From assembly GCA_002633005.1 (NCBI GenBank), contig NMRA01000057.1, forward strand, positions 811,499 through 875,498: 64,000 nucleotides of DNA. Direction: 5' to 3'. The notes under the pieces are model-generated. The model was not told the origin of the DNA. It searched no databases and worked only from the letters and a program-made list of their open reading frames with translations. Below, piece by piece: positions 1-12,210 of this stretch. A program made the position numbers and the translations under genes. Source of the stretch: Phoronis australis. Its lineage: Eukaryota > Animalia > Phoronida. Within the stretch, counting starts at the first letter, position 1. Each line of letters begins with the position of its first letter.

Positions 1-554
1 TTGGTTTCAATGGTTACATGTCATTTACTCCGCGAGTACCGCCGACGTAGTGCAAATATCAAGATGTATTTGCATGTTCCTAATAATGCCAATGCATAGC
101 AGGAACAAAACTACAATGCTATTTGAAAGTCATCTATGCTAAACTAAGTGCAGTTGTATTCAGTGACAACTTGTAAAATGTGGAAACAAAAAATTCCGCA
201 AATAGGTGACCTTTGCACTAATATCGTACCTTGCCCGTAACATGCACTGTTATTCCCCAACACCACGTCACGATATTTACTGGACACGATTGAGTGATTT
301 ACGGCGTATCATTTTCTACACATAACTCGTTCTTAAAAACATTTGGAAATTTTCAACGTGCTTCATATTCACGTCGTCGCTATATGCCGAGTTTCTCACT
401 AATGTAACCAAGCAATCACAGAGATAAGGAATAAGCGTACAAGTTCCACCTTAAGGCATGGTGCCGTGCACGTGTACAATTCCAGCCATTGGGAATGTAG
501 TAACTTCAGGTTCCTTACAAAAATAAATGAACAACTTTAGTAGAAATAACTTGC

Positions 555-639
555 CTTTGCCATCGCAGTATTCTTCGTCTACTTTCCCGTCGCAGTCATT
601 GTCAATGCCGTCGTCAGTTGTTTGGGCGGATATGGTGCA
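555..639 (-). CDS. Exon of IgGFc-binding-domain / DNDCDG-repeat protein (CTISAQTTDDGIDNDCDGKVDEEYCDGK)
   Basis: Acceptor ttttttgttacag at 641-640; 85 nt, phase 0 to phase 1; donor AAAG|GCAAGT (GC). Peptide repeats the motif ending the 3300-3726 exon, with the same phase-1 break after K. Confidence 0.8.
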
Positions 640-1544
640 CTGTAACAAAAAACACTGACGAAATGAAATTATCAATAACATAATGCCCTTTCCTTTATGT
701 CATAGAGATTTAACTACATGTTGCGTTACCATGTGCGAATCCCATACTAGATCCACTTTTTATAATGTCTGCTTCATGATGTAAAGAAGTGCATTATACC
801 ACTGTAGATTTGACAGAATTTCAATTAAGGCCATTTCTGTTTAATAACGTACAACGAGAGCGACACAGACCGATGATATGCGCCCAAAATATGAATCGTA
901 AATTGTAATGGAATATGGGACCAGTTTTTCAACTTATTCAGCAGTCGGATCCATCAGAGAGTCACCATTTGCTCTCTAAGCTCTCCTCATAAGGGGCACA
1001 TTGGGAGAATTTTTGATGATCACCGAAGAATTTGGTAGCCAGTAAGGAAGACGGGAGAACCACAACAGCCAGGTACCTCAAAAAAAATCGACGCCAAGCG
1101 TGCTTTCTCCAATAGGATCACATGCGTCCAATTTGATTTAGACTCGCCAAATAGCTTTGAAAACCAAAATTGCCAGAAGAAAGTGCTACAGTAGAACAAT
1201 ACGAAAATGAAGGCAGGTCATGGGTCTCCTCAGTGGGAACACACACCTGTAACTACCATGGTGATTCTTCACGCGGCTTCTGGATATCTAGGCCACATTT
1301 TATCGCATGGGGAGGGGGGGAGGGAGGGAGGTTGGGGTCCATTGTTGTCTCAGCGAGAGTCAAAAGAACCAAGTTTGAACGAAATCACCAAATAACATTT
1401 ATTGGTTTAACATCTTTTTGGAAATCAAAAATAGTTTACTACGAATGGCTCGATTTTTCGAATACCTGAGAAAGTTTTTACAGTAATAAGTTGTCTCTTT
1501 GGCGTTGCTGTCAATAACAAAACAATAGAAATGAGAATGCTTAC

Positions 1545-1591
1545 CGATGGTTTGCGACAGTCTTCATCTGTTTGACCATCTCCGTCGTTGT
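1545..1591 (-). CDS. Exon of IgGFc-binding-domain / DNDCDG-repeat protein ((D)NDGDGQTDEDCRKPS)
   Basis: Acceptor tttttgttgcag at 1593-1592, donor TCG|GTAAGC; 47 nt, phase 1 to 0, which joins the 3300 donor and the 639 acceptor in frame. Confidence 0.8.
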
Positions 1592-2249
1592 CTGCAACAA
1601 AAAGTGATAGCACAGAGTCAAAGAACTTTCTAATATCTTCAACTATATACCAAGGAGTATCCAAGTACGAAACAGCTTTTTAGTTTCATTGACATGGGTG
1701 AGCTTCAAAAGTGGAGCCTTCACATGTATATTAGCATAGGCGACCCACTTCTGAGGTCAGAAATTGATTTTTGCTGGGGTCATTAAACAAGAATAAACCG
1801 TTGCAACTTTTCAACCTTTATATATTGACAGAAACTTTAATTCCGTCCTAGCATACGTTGTAACTACTTGGTGCATGCATTATCAAACCACAATAGTAGA
1901 TATTCATATCCGAATGCTCAAACAAACAACCCGTAATAGGCTATATGAAATATCATGTAAATTTGAATGAAGATCAAATGATTTCTATGAAAGTACATGA
2001 CGATAACAAAGGGTCTACAAGGGGACGACCTGAGAGGATCAGCTGAGAAACAAGCTGAGGCTCGTGCGGCAGAGGAACGGAGATAGGTCCCAGAGACTGA
2101 AGTGTGGGAGACATGACAACCCCGCGAGGCAACTCTGAAGTATCTTGAAACCCACGGAAATCGATGTAACGGGAAACTTACCCCTTCAAGAGCTAACAAT
2201 ACGTGCATACCCGTACAAAACCAACACCAAGAATTCTGAAAGCAAATAA

Positions 2250-3177
2250 CGTGCTAACGTGTGACACGGTGAAGAAAGAAATGACACACATGAGGTCAAA
2301 CACAGTCCGAAAGAAAGTTGCCATCTGTTGCCACGTTCACAGTAATGTACTATACAGATTTCGCAGTGTTGTTGATGCAAAAATGCCACCAGGGGGCGAC
2401 ACATCATTCGAAGTATGCCACTGAGTAACGCAGAACACGTCACATCTGTCCGAAAATAAAAAGGTGTTGTCTTTTTAAGAGAAACCTATCCACTAAATTT
2501 TATGAAATACCGTCAAGGAACTCCGAAGAAATATAGGTAAGCATAAAACAAATTGCCATTAAGGTACAGCACGGTGGTCGGATCTGCTCGAAAGAATCCA
2601 CATCAGATGTGACATTCACACAAAAAACACAGCAACGACTCTACAACGGGTTGAGCGGAAACAGGCGCAAACGCAAACAACAGAATTGTAACCAGTGAGC
2701 ACCACAATGATCAAACCCGTCCCTTCCCACACTTAACATCAGTTGTGGTATTGTCAGTAGGAACAAAATCTGACAATTTTCATAATAATCTTTGGAGCGG
2801 TTTGGCATAGACAGACAACAAAAAAAAAACAGGCGCAAAATACGCCAAATCCATCCAAACAAAGGAATACGTCGTTGTCTCCTAAATTGAAACATATTTG
2901 TTCATGAGAATCTGCCAAGGATCTCAGATACAGGGGTCAATGTAAAGAAGCAATAAAAATTGCCATTAGGTGACACAGTGGGAGTCAGTTCCTTCTAAAA
3001 TTCACAGTCATCTGTTATCACATTTGAAAAATACAGCAGGTCGTTTCAAAGCCCGTAGCCATCTGTCACCAGTACCATAGACACCCAAGTGCCAAATCTA
3101 ATTAAGATCGTGCAAGGAATATAGGAGAAGCAGCATCGAAAACCGGACAACGGACGTCTGGATGTGAGGGGCATAAA
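2250..3177 (-). mobile_element. Helentron-associated (HINE/DINE-1-like) non-autonomous element in intron
   Basis: Minus strand starts tttatgcccctcacatccagacgtccgttgtcc at 3177; internal diverged repeats (aattgccattagg..., aaaatgccaccaggggcgac) resemble the reverse complement of the ccctagtggcaatttt units at 58400-60800. Left boundary approximate. Confidence 0.4.
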
Positions 3178-3299
3178 GCATGTTAATTGTGCCACAAACA
3201 TATACTTTTAATACTATTTCATGAAATATGAATGCGGTTTACACAGTTTGTATATCACCTTCAACAAATAAGAGTACAACAAGGAATCATTAAGAGTAC

Positions 3300-3726
3300 C
3301 TTTAGAGTCGCATTCTTCTTCGTCTATGCTACCATCACAGTCGTTGTCCACATTATCGCCCAAAGAAGAAGAGGACTTCACACACTGATTCACGGTTTGC
3401 AGTTGTAAACCTATTGGCATTCCGTAGCTTTCGCGATCGCCTGTTCCATACAACCAAGCAGCGAACGTAATTGACGGTGAGGTGTGGCGAAGGTTGTGAC
3501 TAACTCCGCTGGAAACGTTGATATACCCCGCTGCAAAATTTGTTCCAGGCACTGGCTTCCAATTATCAATGAGTAATTGCTTGCCATCTATTGTCAGGCC
3601 ATCTTTTTGAGAATCGTCTATAATAATCATAAGATAGTTAGCGTAGTCACCGCTTCCAGTTTCGCCACCTGAGTATGTTGGCGTTGCAAAGTTGTAATCC
3701 CGGCTGTATTGCCCTGTTGGAGGTAT
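3300..3726 (-). CDS. Exon (5' end lost in N gap) encoding the C-terminal part of an IgGFc-binding (FCGBP N-terminal) domain plus first DNDCDG repeat
   Basis: Open frame IPPTGQYSRDYNF...NYLMIII...GLTIDG...W...GVSHNLRH...FAAWLYG...ESYGMPIG matches the IgGFc_binding domain pattern; ends ...DNDCDGSIDEEECDSK G|GTACTC (donor 3299-3298). Confidence 0.85.
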
Positions 3727-4482
3727 NNNNNNNNNNNNNNNNNNNNNNNNNNNNNNNNNNNNNNNNNNNNNNNNNNNNNNNNNNNNNNNNNNNNNNNNNN
3801 NNNNNNNNNNNNNNNNNNNNNNNNNNNNNNNNNNNNNNNNNNNNNNNNNNNNNNNNNNNNNNNNNNNNNNNNNNNNNNNNNNNNNNNNNNNNNNNNNNNN
3901 NNNNNNNNNNNNNNNNNNNNNNNNNNNNNNNNNNNNNNNNNNNNNNNNNNNNNNNNNNNNNNNNNNNNNNNNNNNNNNNNNNNNNNNNNNNNNNNNNNNN
4001 NNNNNNNNNNNNNNNNNNNNNNNNNNNNNNNNNNNNNNNNNNNNNNNNNNNNNNNNNNNNNNNNNNNNNNNNNNNNNNNNNNNNNNNNNNNNNNNNNNNN
4101 NNNNNNNNNNNNNNNNNNNNNNNNNNNNNNNNNNNNNNNNNNNNNNNNNNNNNNNNNNNNNNNNNNNNNNNNNNNNNNNNNNNNNNNNNNNNNNNNNNNN
4201 NNNNNNNNNNNNNNNNNNNNNNNNNNNNNNNNNNNNNNNNNNNNNNNNNNNNNNNNNNNNNNNNNNNNNNNNNNNNNNNNNNNNNNNNNNNNNNNNNNNN
4301 NNNNNNNNNNNNNNNNNNNNNNNNNNNNNNNNNNNNNNNNNNNNNNNNNNNNNNNNNNNNNNNNNNNNNNNNNNNNNNNNNNNNNNNNNNNNNNNNNNNN
4401 NNNNNNNNNNNNNNNNNNNNNNNNNNNNNNNNNNNNNNNNNNNNNNNNNNNNNNNNNNNNNNNNNNNNNNNNNNNNNNNNNN

Positions 4483-4675
4483 GGACACGCTTAATCCGAA
4501 TTGGTCGTCTACGCTAGTCGACCACTTAGCCGACCCAAGTGCCGACCACAGAGGCGACTCAGTAGACGGCTCCTAGCCGACCATTGTTGGTCGGCTGCTG
4601 GTCGGCTAGACGACCGGTCGACGGCCGGTCGTCGACCAATTTCCGACCGGTCGGCCAAAAATTCGTGATGTGTGC
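4483..4675. repeat. GC-rich imperfect palindrome of ccgacc/ggtcgg motifs (MITE-like, abuts gap)
   Basis: Many alternating CCGACC and GGTCGG motifs, e.g. cgaccggtcg, ccgaccggtcgg. Confidence 0.5.
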
Positions 4676-6454
4676 TGTATGTATTTTCTGAAAGGCGAAA
4701 GATCGAGGATTCTAAAAATATGCTTCTTACTTGTGTCCTTATTATTGTTGCCTGACTGCCTTAAGTCAGATGTTCATGTGCAAGAAAGGTACATTCTTAG
4801 CAAAATAATGCACTAGCCAATTTTACAAAAACTTTATTTTTAAATGAAAACTTTAAGTTATGTCTCTAATAAGTTGTTAGGATTTTGCTTTACGTAAATG
4901 GTGTACTTTTCATGTACGGAGCGATATGCGAATAAGAGTGCTGTTTTTTATTACAAAAAGTCTTGTATTTTGGACTTTTAAAAGTATCAGTCTACTGGTA
5001 TACTGAGCATAGTACAGCCAACAAGCGACATGGTGGGGGTGTCAATCATTCAGAGCCCTGTTTAGTCTAATAACACATTAGGGGTGTGAGGAATTGGGTG
5101 AAGTATGACACCACAGAGTGTGGTGGTTTTGGAGATACCAGGGTAGTCTTCTGGAAGGCAAAATGAGGAGGTAATTTCTTGATGCAAAATGAGTAATTTT
5201 TGACTACATTTTCTAGTTGCAGTTTCTGCTTCAAACTAAATTTTTTCTGAATAATTTTGATATTATGTTATGGGCTCATGACCTATGTAAGCAAAAAAGG
5301 AACTGACACAAAAATGCCGGTTACAATGGTTACACCGAAACTGTTTCAGTGGAGGCACATTTCATGCGTGTGAAAAACCAGTAGTATATTGTACCCTTAT
5401 ATCTAAAGCTGCCGGCATAAGAAAACTGAAAATAATAAATGTACCCTTATATCTAAAGCTGTCCTCCTGAGAAAACTGAAAATAATAAGATGGGCATGTA
5501 GAAGATACCGTGCCCTTGAAAGAAATAAATTATAACACATTGCCAGCCCTTCATGTAGTCTTTGGAAAAGGTCTCTGAATTTCACTGTTTTCAAACCCCA
5601 CATTTGTGTATTGGTCATGTTAAACCACTCACTATTTGTGCACCATTTGTACGCATTAAAATGTCCTAAACATAATACAACAATTAAAAGAATTGGTTTA
5701 CTGAAATGTTTTCAATTGATTTTACGGACATAAAAAGTTCCAACTAAAATAATGAGATTATACTACCTTAATTTTGTTCATCCAACTCATTGAATACCAA
5801 ACATAAGCAACAATGCGTTAGTTGAATGATGGCTGGTCTAGAGTGCGGATTTGCGAATTTATCCGGCCCTGCTATCTCGTTTTGTAGGCAGCAGTTGCTC
5901 TGAATGCCATCGAGTGGCAAGATCAGTATCCGATGGACTTTTATGCCAATGACAGTATGGGCTCTTGGACAGTCAATCACCATGACAACCGACCGGTACG
6001 TGTGCGTAAGAATCGGCAACAAAAACATGGAACAGGAGATGGTAATAGCGTGAAAAATGTTGGTGAGAAGATGCTGTCAGAGAGAAACACTGTTGATAAT
6101 GCCGTTGTAAATGTGGTGGAAAGACTTGGAACCAATAAACTGGCAAATGATGCAGAGGAATCTGACTGTGTTTCAAAACCTATCGAGAGCCTCGGTGAGG
6201 AATGCAACTGTGGGAAACCTGGTGGTTGTGACAAAGATAAAGACAAGGGGCTCCACCAAGGCGATGAGGCAAAAACTTACTGAAGAGAAAGGAAGTGTGC
6301 ATTTTGAGGAGATGGCTGCAGGAGTGTAACTGATCAATGTTTAGTGGTTTGTACACCTGCTGACAGTATACATCATAAATTGTTTTTTTTGGTGTCCATG
6401 AAAAATCAGTGTTATTACTGAAACAATACTATGTCTTAACTGATGATGTGCAGT

Positions 6455-6690
6455 CGTTAAAGTGCATGAAATGACCCCAGTGTCAGTTGTTAAAAGTGCA
6501 TGCGATGACCACAGTGTCAGTTGTTAAAAGTGCAATATTGATTGGAGCACTTCACTATTTACCTGATGGTGTACAGTCGGTATTTAAAAGTGCATGAAGT
6601 GACCACTGTGTCTGTTGTTAAAGTGCATGAGATGACCACAGTGTCAGTTGTTAAATGTGCAGTATTGATTGGAGCACTTCACTATTTACA
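6455..6690 (+). repeat. Minisatellite, ~32-bp unit aaagtgcatga-atgaccacagtgtcagttgtt with higher-order duplication
   Basis: About 4-5 units; the block attgattggagcacttcactattta occurs at ~6537 and ~6664. Confidence 0.75.
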
Positions 6691-9600
6691 ACCTGATTTG
6701 ATCAATCACCATTTGATTACAATTTCACTGATGTTACATGTATGTTTGAGCATACTTCCTGTCAGTCCTGCAATTCATTTGTAGCACACAATTGTTGTCT
6801 TACATGTACCAGATACAGACTTATAATACATGCTGTCTATTGGCTGATTACTAGTCCGTACCTATCTACTGGCCGGGTTGATGGCGTTCACTGGCTGGTC
6901 TTATCTATCTACTGGCTGGGTTGTTGCTTGTGGGCATATCTCTGTACATGTTGATTGCTTGTGGGTGAATCACTAACTCTTTTTGTCTATTGTGTGGCCA
7001 CTAATTCAATCATATTTACAACACAAATCGTATTTATGGTAGACAGTCATAGTATTGATGCGTGGGACTTCAATAAAATAAAATGCAATTGTCTTAAAGT
7101 AGTTCTAAAACCAATTCTGTCGCTCTTACCCGCCTTCCATTACTAAAAAAAAATATGTTTGTCACTGGCTTAAAGTGATGAATTTTGTCTCAAATTGTTT
7201 CTTTGTCAACTGAATTGAAGGTAATTTCAGGACTTCAAACCAACTGACTGTTCTGTGCTTGTGACCCGACTTGTCACGGCTCGTCATGTTAAGCCGGCCT
7301 GGCGCATGGTCGAAAGGAATAACGAATTGTCCTGCTTTTTGCAAACCCAGAAAACCCCGTTCATCCGACAGAGTAAGTAACAAGTTCAGAACAATTATAT
7401 ATCAGTATGTGATCAAAATCAAAAGTCCCCTTCTTGTACGCATGCGGGTTGATTGTCATTTTAACAATATTCTTTCAGTAGCCAAACTATCTGCAAGACG
7501 ATGCACATGTGTTTTGTTAAATCAACGCCTTTTTGTTTCTCCACACATTAAAGGGACAGTATCATTTTTATTTTTGGGACGCGCATTTCGGCGGGTTAAT
7601 TATTGCATGTTGAAATGATTAGCTTTTACCAGTCATAAAACAATAAAACCCTTTGTTTTACGGATTTTATTTCACACTCTGTCAGGCATTCGCTGAAATG
7701 AAAGCCCATAACTTTACCAGTCCAATGCGCTTAAAGTACTCTGCGATGTACTGAGCCGGCTCGTAAACTAAAATTTAGTCCCGGTTTTAATTTGTGTTTT
7801 CACTAACATCGTCGAGGATCTTGTCTCCACTGACGTAACCGTCATCCCTAACGACGTATATGAAAATAATCCAGGTTGTATTAAAACCAGAGAAGCCTAC
7901 CGTGCAATTGGTAACTCGTAATCATATCAACCCTAATAAAGCCATTGGACCAGATAACACCCTAGGAGGATCCTTCAAGGAAGTCCGCTACTCACCACCC
8001 TTATTAGAGCCCTGTCATCATGCAACTCGTGATCGCTTTTATTCAGAAAAAAATCACACTTCGTGTTGCTTTAAGGCTGGAGGTCCGCTACCGTATCACT
8101 CACTTGTTAAAAAAGAAACTGAAACGGACAAAACCTAATACAGGCCAAGAGTGGCCATGATACAGCCGTGAGTATCAAACATTATGGAAACTGAAGATTC
8201 TTATCTACCAGTTTGCGACTCGCACAAGCCAACATTTATCGCCTACCCGCCTACCGTAAACAACATGGATTGAGCACTGCCTCATTCAAACCAGTCACGG
8301 GAAGATTGAAAAATAAGCTTAGACTCTTACAATCATATCGTATTAGTAAGTCTCTGCCTCAGTTGGGCTTTCGCCTGCCTCTGTTTTCCTCGCAATCTCG
8401 TTCCGCCATCACGTAGCACTATGCCTTTCTAGTCGGACACGGGGTGTTAGAATTCAATAGCTCTGACAAAAACATTACTATTTGGAACAACAGTTATGGG
8501 ACCACTTCTGTTTATTCATATTTTTCCAAGTAACCTCATGCTTTCTCAGCGGGAACATTGAACAATTCACTAATATGCTGATGGTTTCAGACTATTTAGA
8601 CCGGCAGCCCAGAGCACTTAGCATAGATGAACGAGGTGCCAACATCTGACCACGGGAGCATTTAAAGTCCACCTCAGTATGTACAGAAATGGACGTCTGC
8701 CGTTGTCTGCACTCTGGGTGTGACCCCTGGGGTCCTTACTAAGAGCCCAAAAAATGAGCTAGACTAGATATTCGAGGTACCAACCAAAATTGATTTAAAA
8801 CGAACAATAGTACCGCACTGAACACCGAATGACCATGACAGACAAATCACACTCTGGAATAGGTCCGGCAGAAACCCGAAAAGGACCCTCCAAAAATGAG
8901 CTAGCACATACATTCGAGGTACCACTCAAAACCAATTCCATGTGTTTCAATACATGTCACAGATCACTAAAACCCCTATGACAGACAAAATACGCTCTGG
9001 GTTGTGCTCGGCAGAAACCCCCCAAATCTCAACCATGGTATGCCATCAAAAAATTGAGCTAGACTAGATTTTCGAGGTACCGGCCAAAACTGATTTTAAA
9101 CGAACAATAGTACCGCACTGAACACCAAATGACCCATGACAGACAAATTGCTCTCTGGAATGGGTCCGGCAGAAACCAAAAAGGATCCCCCCCCCACACA
9201 TACATTTGAGGTACCACACAAAACCAATTCCATGAGGTTCAATACATGTCACAGCTCAATAAATAATATACTCTGGATTGTGCCTGGAAGAAACCCTCAA
9301 AAATCTCAACCACAATATATGCTATCAAAACTTTGAGGTACATTAGATACCCGAGGTACCGGCTAAAACTGACTTAAAACCAATAATCCACCAGATGACC
9401 ATGACAGACAATAAATTGTGCTCTGAAAGGCGCTCGCCAGAAACTCAATTACACCGTAAAAGAAGCTAGGTCATCATTCAGGGTACCACAATAAACAATT
9501 CCATGTGATTCAAATAGATGTTACTGGTTACCAAATACGCTATGACACTTAAAATCCTGTGTGGGTTGTGCTCGCCAGCCCCAGAAATCTCAACTACCGG

Positions 9601-10239
9601 TCAGTAATTTTGAATATATACATATTAGATAATGAGCTTATACTTTTGCGTCTACTGAGCTCTCACATTCGATGTCAAATGGATGATGGCGGAGAGTAAG
9701 CATTTTGGAAAGTACCTGATAACAGCAAAACTTTGGGATACCAGGAACTGTCCAAAACCAACCCACTTAGTGAAGTTTAAGAACGCAGATTGTGTAAAAT
9801 ATAAAACGCTATCAAAACTGCCAGCAGAAAGGATACGTCAGCGACAACACATGGCCCCTAAATTTGCGTTAGATCGAGGAACCACGAAAAGAATTTCCAA
9901 GGAGCTCTTTCATCTCATTGACTACTAAACAATACGTTGAAAGAAAAGTAACAGACGTGTTTTTAAAAACCTTCTTTAATCAAAATAAACTACATGAAAT
10001 AGAGCAACACTTTCAAACAGCATAGTAACATAGTCAAAATCACTGTATCAAGCTACATACTATATGTTTAATGTCAACAGTAGTTTCCTGTTAGTTTTTA
10101 ATACGTTTCAATATCAGATTCGTCACTGCTACTCCAGCTTCATTCGGGCTCCCTCGTTTCGTCATAGCCCATTTCCTTGTACCTTCCAACCGTAGGTAAG
10201 AGGATCCAAACCGTTTCCCGGATCGGCCGAATCCACTTG

Positions 10240-11075
10240 GTCTCAGAGCAAGGCCAACATAATGGGCTCGTTTGAGCTTGTTCAATAGTGTCTATCGGCA
10301 AGGAGGAAGCAAAGCGCAGTCAATCTTCTTGATGTTGGACATCAGAGAAAATTTTATTGACAAGGCACCAATTGCCTAAACGCTGACGAACAAAAATATA
10401 AAACCCATGCGCGCACCCAGCCCGGCTCTAGTTTTGGGGGTCTCGAATTTCTGACCAAGTGGACCTTTTGCTAGCAGAAAAGCTGGAGGACTAAAAAAAA
10501 CGGGGTACCACCTTCAGTACTGTGAACTGTGCGTATGCGCCTTTTTAATGGACTTTTGTCTCGTTTCCACGGACTGTTTGTTTCTCTGAGGCGGACCTTT
10601 TTGCCCACTTCTCCAAATGGAGGGGCTCGTTCGAGCTCCCCGAGCCCCCCTGGGTGCGCCCATGAAATCTCACCACCATTTACTGATTTTTGACGTGAAA
10701 CTGGACATTTTGGTTCAACACTATGAAAACATTTGAAATTATTTCCGTTGCTTTTATGAACTATATTTTATCAATTACAGTTATTACCTTGTTCATTTTT
10801 CCGGTCATGTCTATTAATTTCAGATGTCGGCGCTTCTTTGACTCCTCCCTTCATTAAATATGAGGCATATGTCTTCTAACTTTCTTCCGTCTGGGACATC
10901 TACGCTTATTAACTCTGAGAAGAAGCTGATAAGTGTCCCAGATGAGTCTTTCATCAGGATTTCCAGAGGCCTCACTTTCCCTTTCCTAAACAGTGCTGCT
11001 GTGACGTCACACCCTGTCATTGTATGCGATTTTCAGGCAATGCTGCAGCGAGACCCCTTGTTACCGAAACGCATC
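10240..11075 (-). pseudogene. Degenerate Academ protein fragment (XPG/H3TH-like and LPP motif region)
   Basis: Minus-strand peptides AAALP..HTMTGCDVTAALFRKGKVRPLEIL and IDCALLPPCR*TLLNKLKRAHYV, with stops, frameshifts and a MITE insertion. Confidence 0.7.
10406..10664. mobile_element. MITE inserted in the Academ coding remnant
   Basis: TIRs catgcgcgcacccag / ctgggtgcgcccatg; no clear TSD. Confidence 0.5.
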
Positions 11076-12210
11076 GTTGTTTATATATTTATTTAAATAG
11101 CATTGGGACTCCATCGCGTGGCTGCGCACCAAATTAGGGGTGATTTGTATTTTATCACGGAAGACATTATGTCGGCCATCGACAAATGACTCCGCGAAAC
11201 TAAAACATTGCAAACACTATACACTACACTGAATTTCGACATCATGTAAAAATTTCTTCAAAAAGTTACCACTAGGCGAGTAAACTGTCTTACATCTTGA
11301 CACCCGTCTGCTTTTCGCTTGTAGTGATCATGAGAGTAAACACAGGCTTTAGTGAACGAAAGTTTTTTATAATTAGTTTTTGTTTCCTGCGGTCCCGCTT
11401 TTTGCAGTTAACTTATTAAATACACAACTTTTGTCACCAATTGTGTACTTCGATTTTCGTGGTGCAATTTTTAATATCTTGTTGTCCAGTTGTTTGGATT
11501 TCCCACCCGAGTACTTGAACTAGCAGGGGAAAGCTGCATGAACGATTGTACCTCCAATTTTTAAGGTCCTTTCTGGGTTTTTGGCAGACCATTTCCGAGT
11601 AAAATTTGTCTTTCACGGGTCATTGGGTTTTCAGTGCAGCACGATTGTTGGTTTTAAATCAGTTTAAGCAGATACCTTGAAAATCTAACTGTCTCAAAAA
11701 TGGCAAACCGTGGTTGAGATTTTTGAGGGTTTCTGCCAGGGACAATCCAGAGTGTATTTTGTCTGCCGGTCATAGGGCATTTAGTGACCTGTGACATGTA
11801 TTGAATCTCATGTAATTGTTTTTGTGGTATCTCGAATGTATGTGCTAGCTCATTTTTGGGGGGTCCTTTTTTGGTTTCTGCCGGACCTATTCCAGAGTGC
11901 AATTTGTCTGTCATGGGTCATTCGGTGTTCAGTGCCGTACTATTGTTCGTTTTAAATCAGTTTTGGTTGGTACCTCGATCGAAGTAGTCTAGCTCATTTT
12001 TGGGCTCTTAGTAAGGCCCCCAGGGGTCACACCCAGAGTGCAGACAACGGCAGACGTCCATTTTTGTACATACTGAGGTGGACTTTAAATGCTCCCGTGG
12101 TCAGATGTTGGTACCTCGTTCATCTACGCTAAGTGCTCTGGGCTGCCGGTCTAATTCACAACTGGTCCACATCCAACTTCACTGTTAACGGATAAATGTC
12201 ATGCTTCTTT

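Larger units (their letters stand above)
8597..12153 (-). mobile_element. Academ-type DNA transposon, internally deleted, with ~590-bp TIRs
   Basis: Termini TAGACCGGCAGCCCAGAGCACTTAG (8597) and CTAAGTGCTCTGGGCTGCCGGTCTA (12153), both flanked by ATT (8594-8596, 12154-12156). Long near-identical inverted repeats and an internal XPG/H3TH-like coding remnant. TAG/CTA ends, 3-4 bp TSD, long TIRs and an XPG domain are the described Academ hallmarks. Confidence 0.8.

Noticed and set aside
3675-4517. Long ORFs spanning 3727-4482 and 14825-15443
   Set aside because: Artefacts of N runs; only the minus-strand part 3300-3726 is real coding sequence.
5933-6329. 116-aa and 72-aa plus-strand ORFs
   Set aside because: No recognisable domain or splice structure; possibly transposon debris but unsupported.
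7548-7620. TTAA-AGGGACAGT Kolobok-like left end
   Set aside because: No matching right TIR found in the window.
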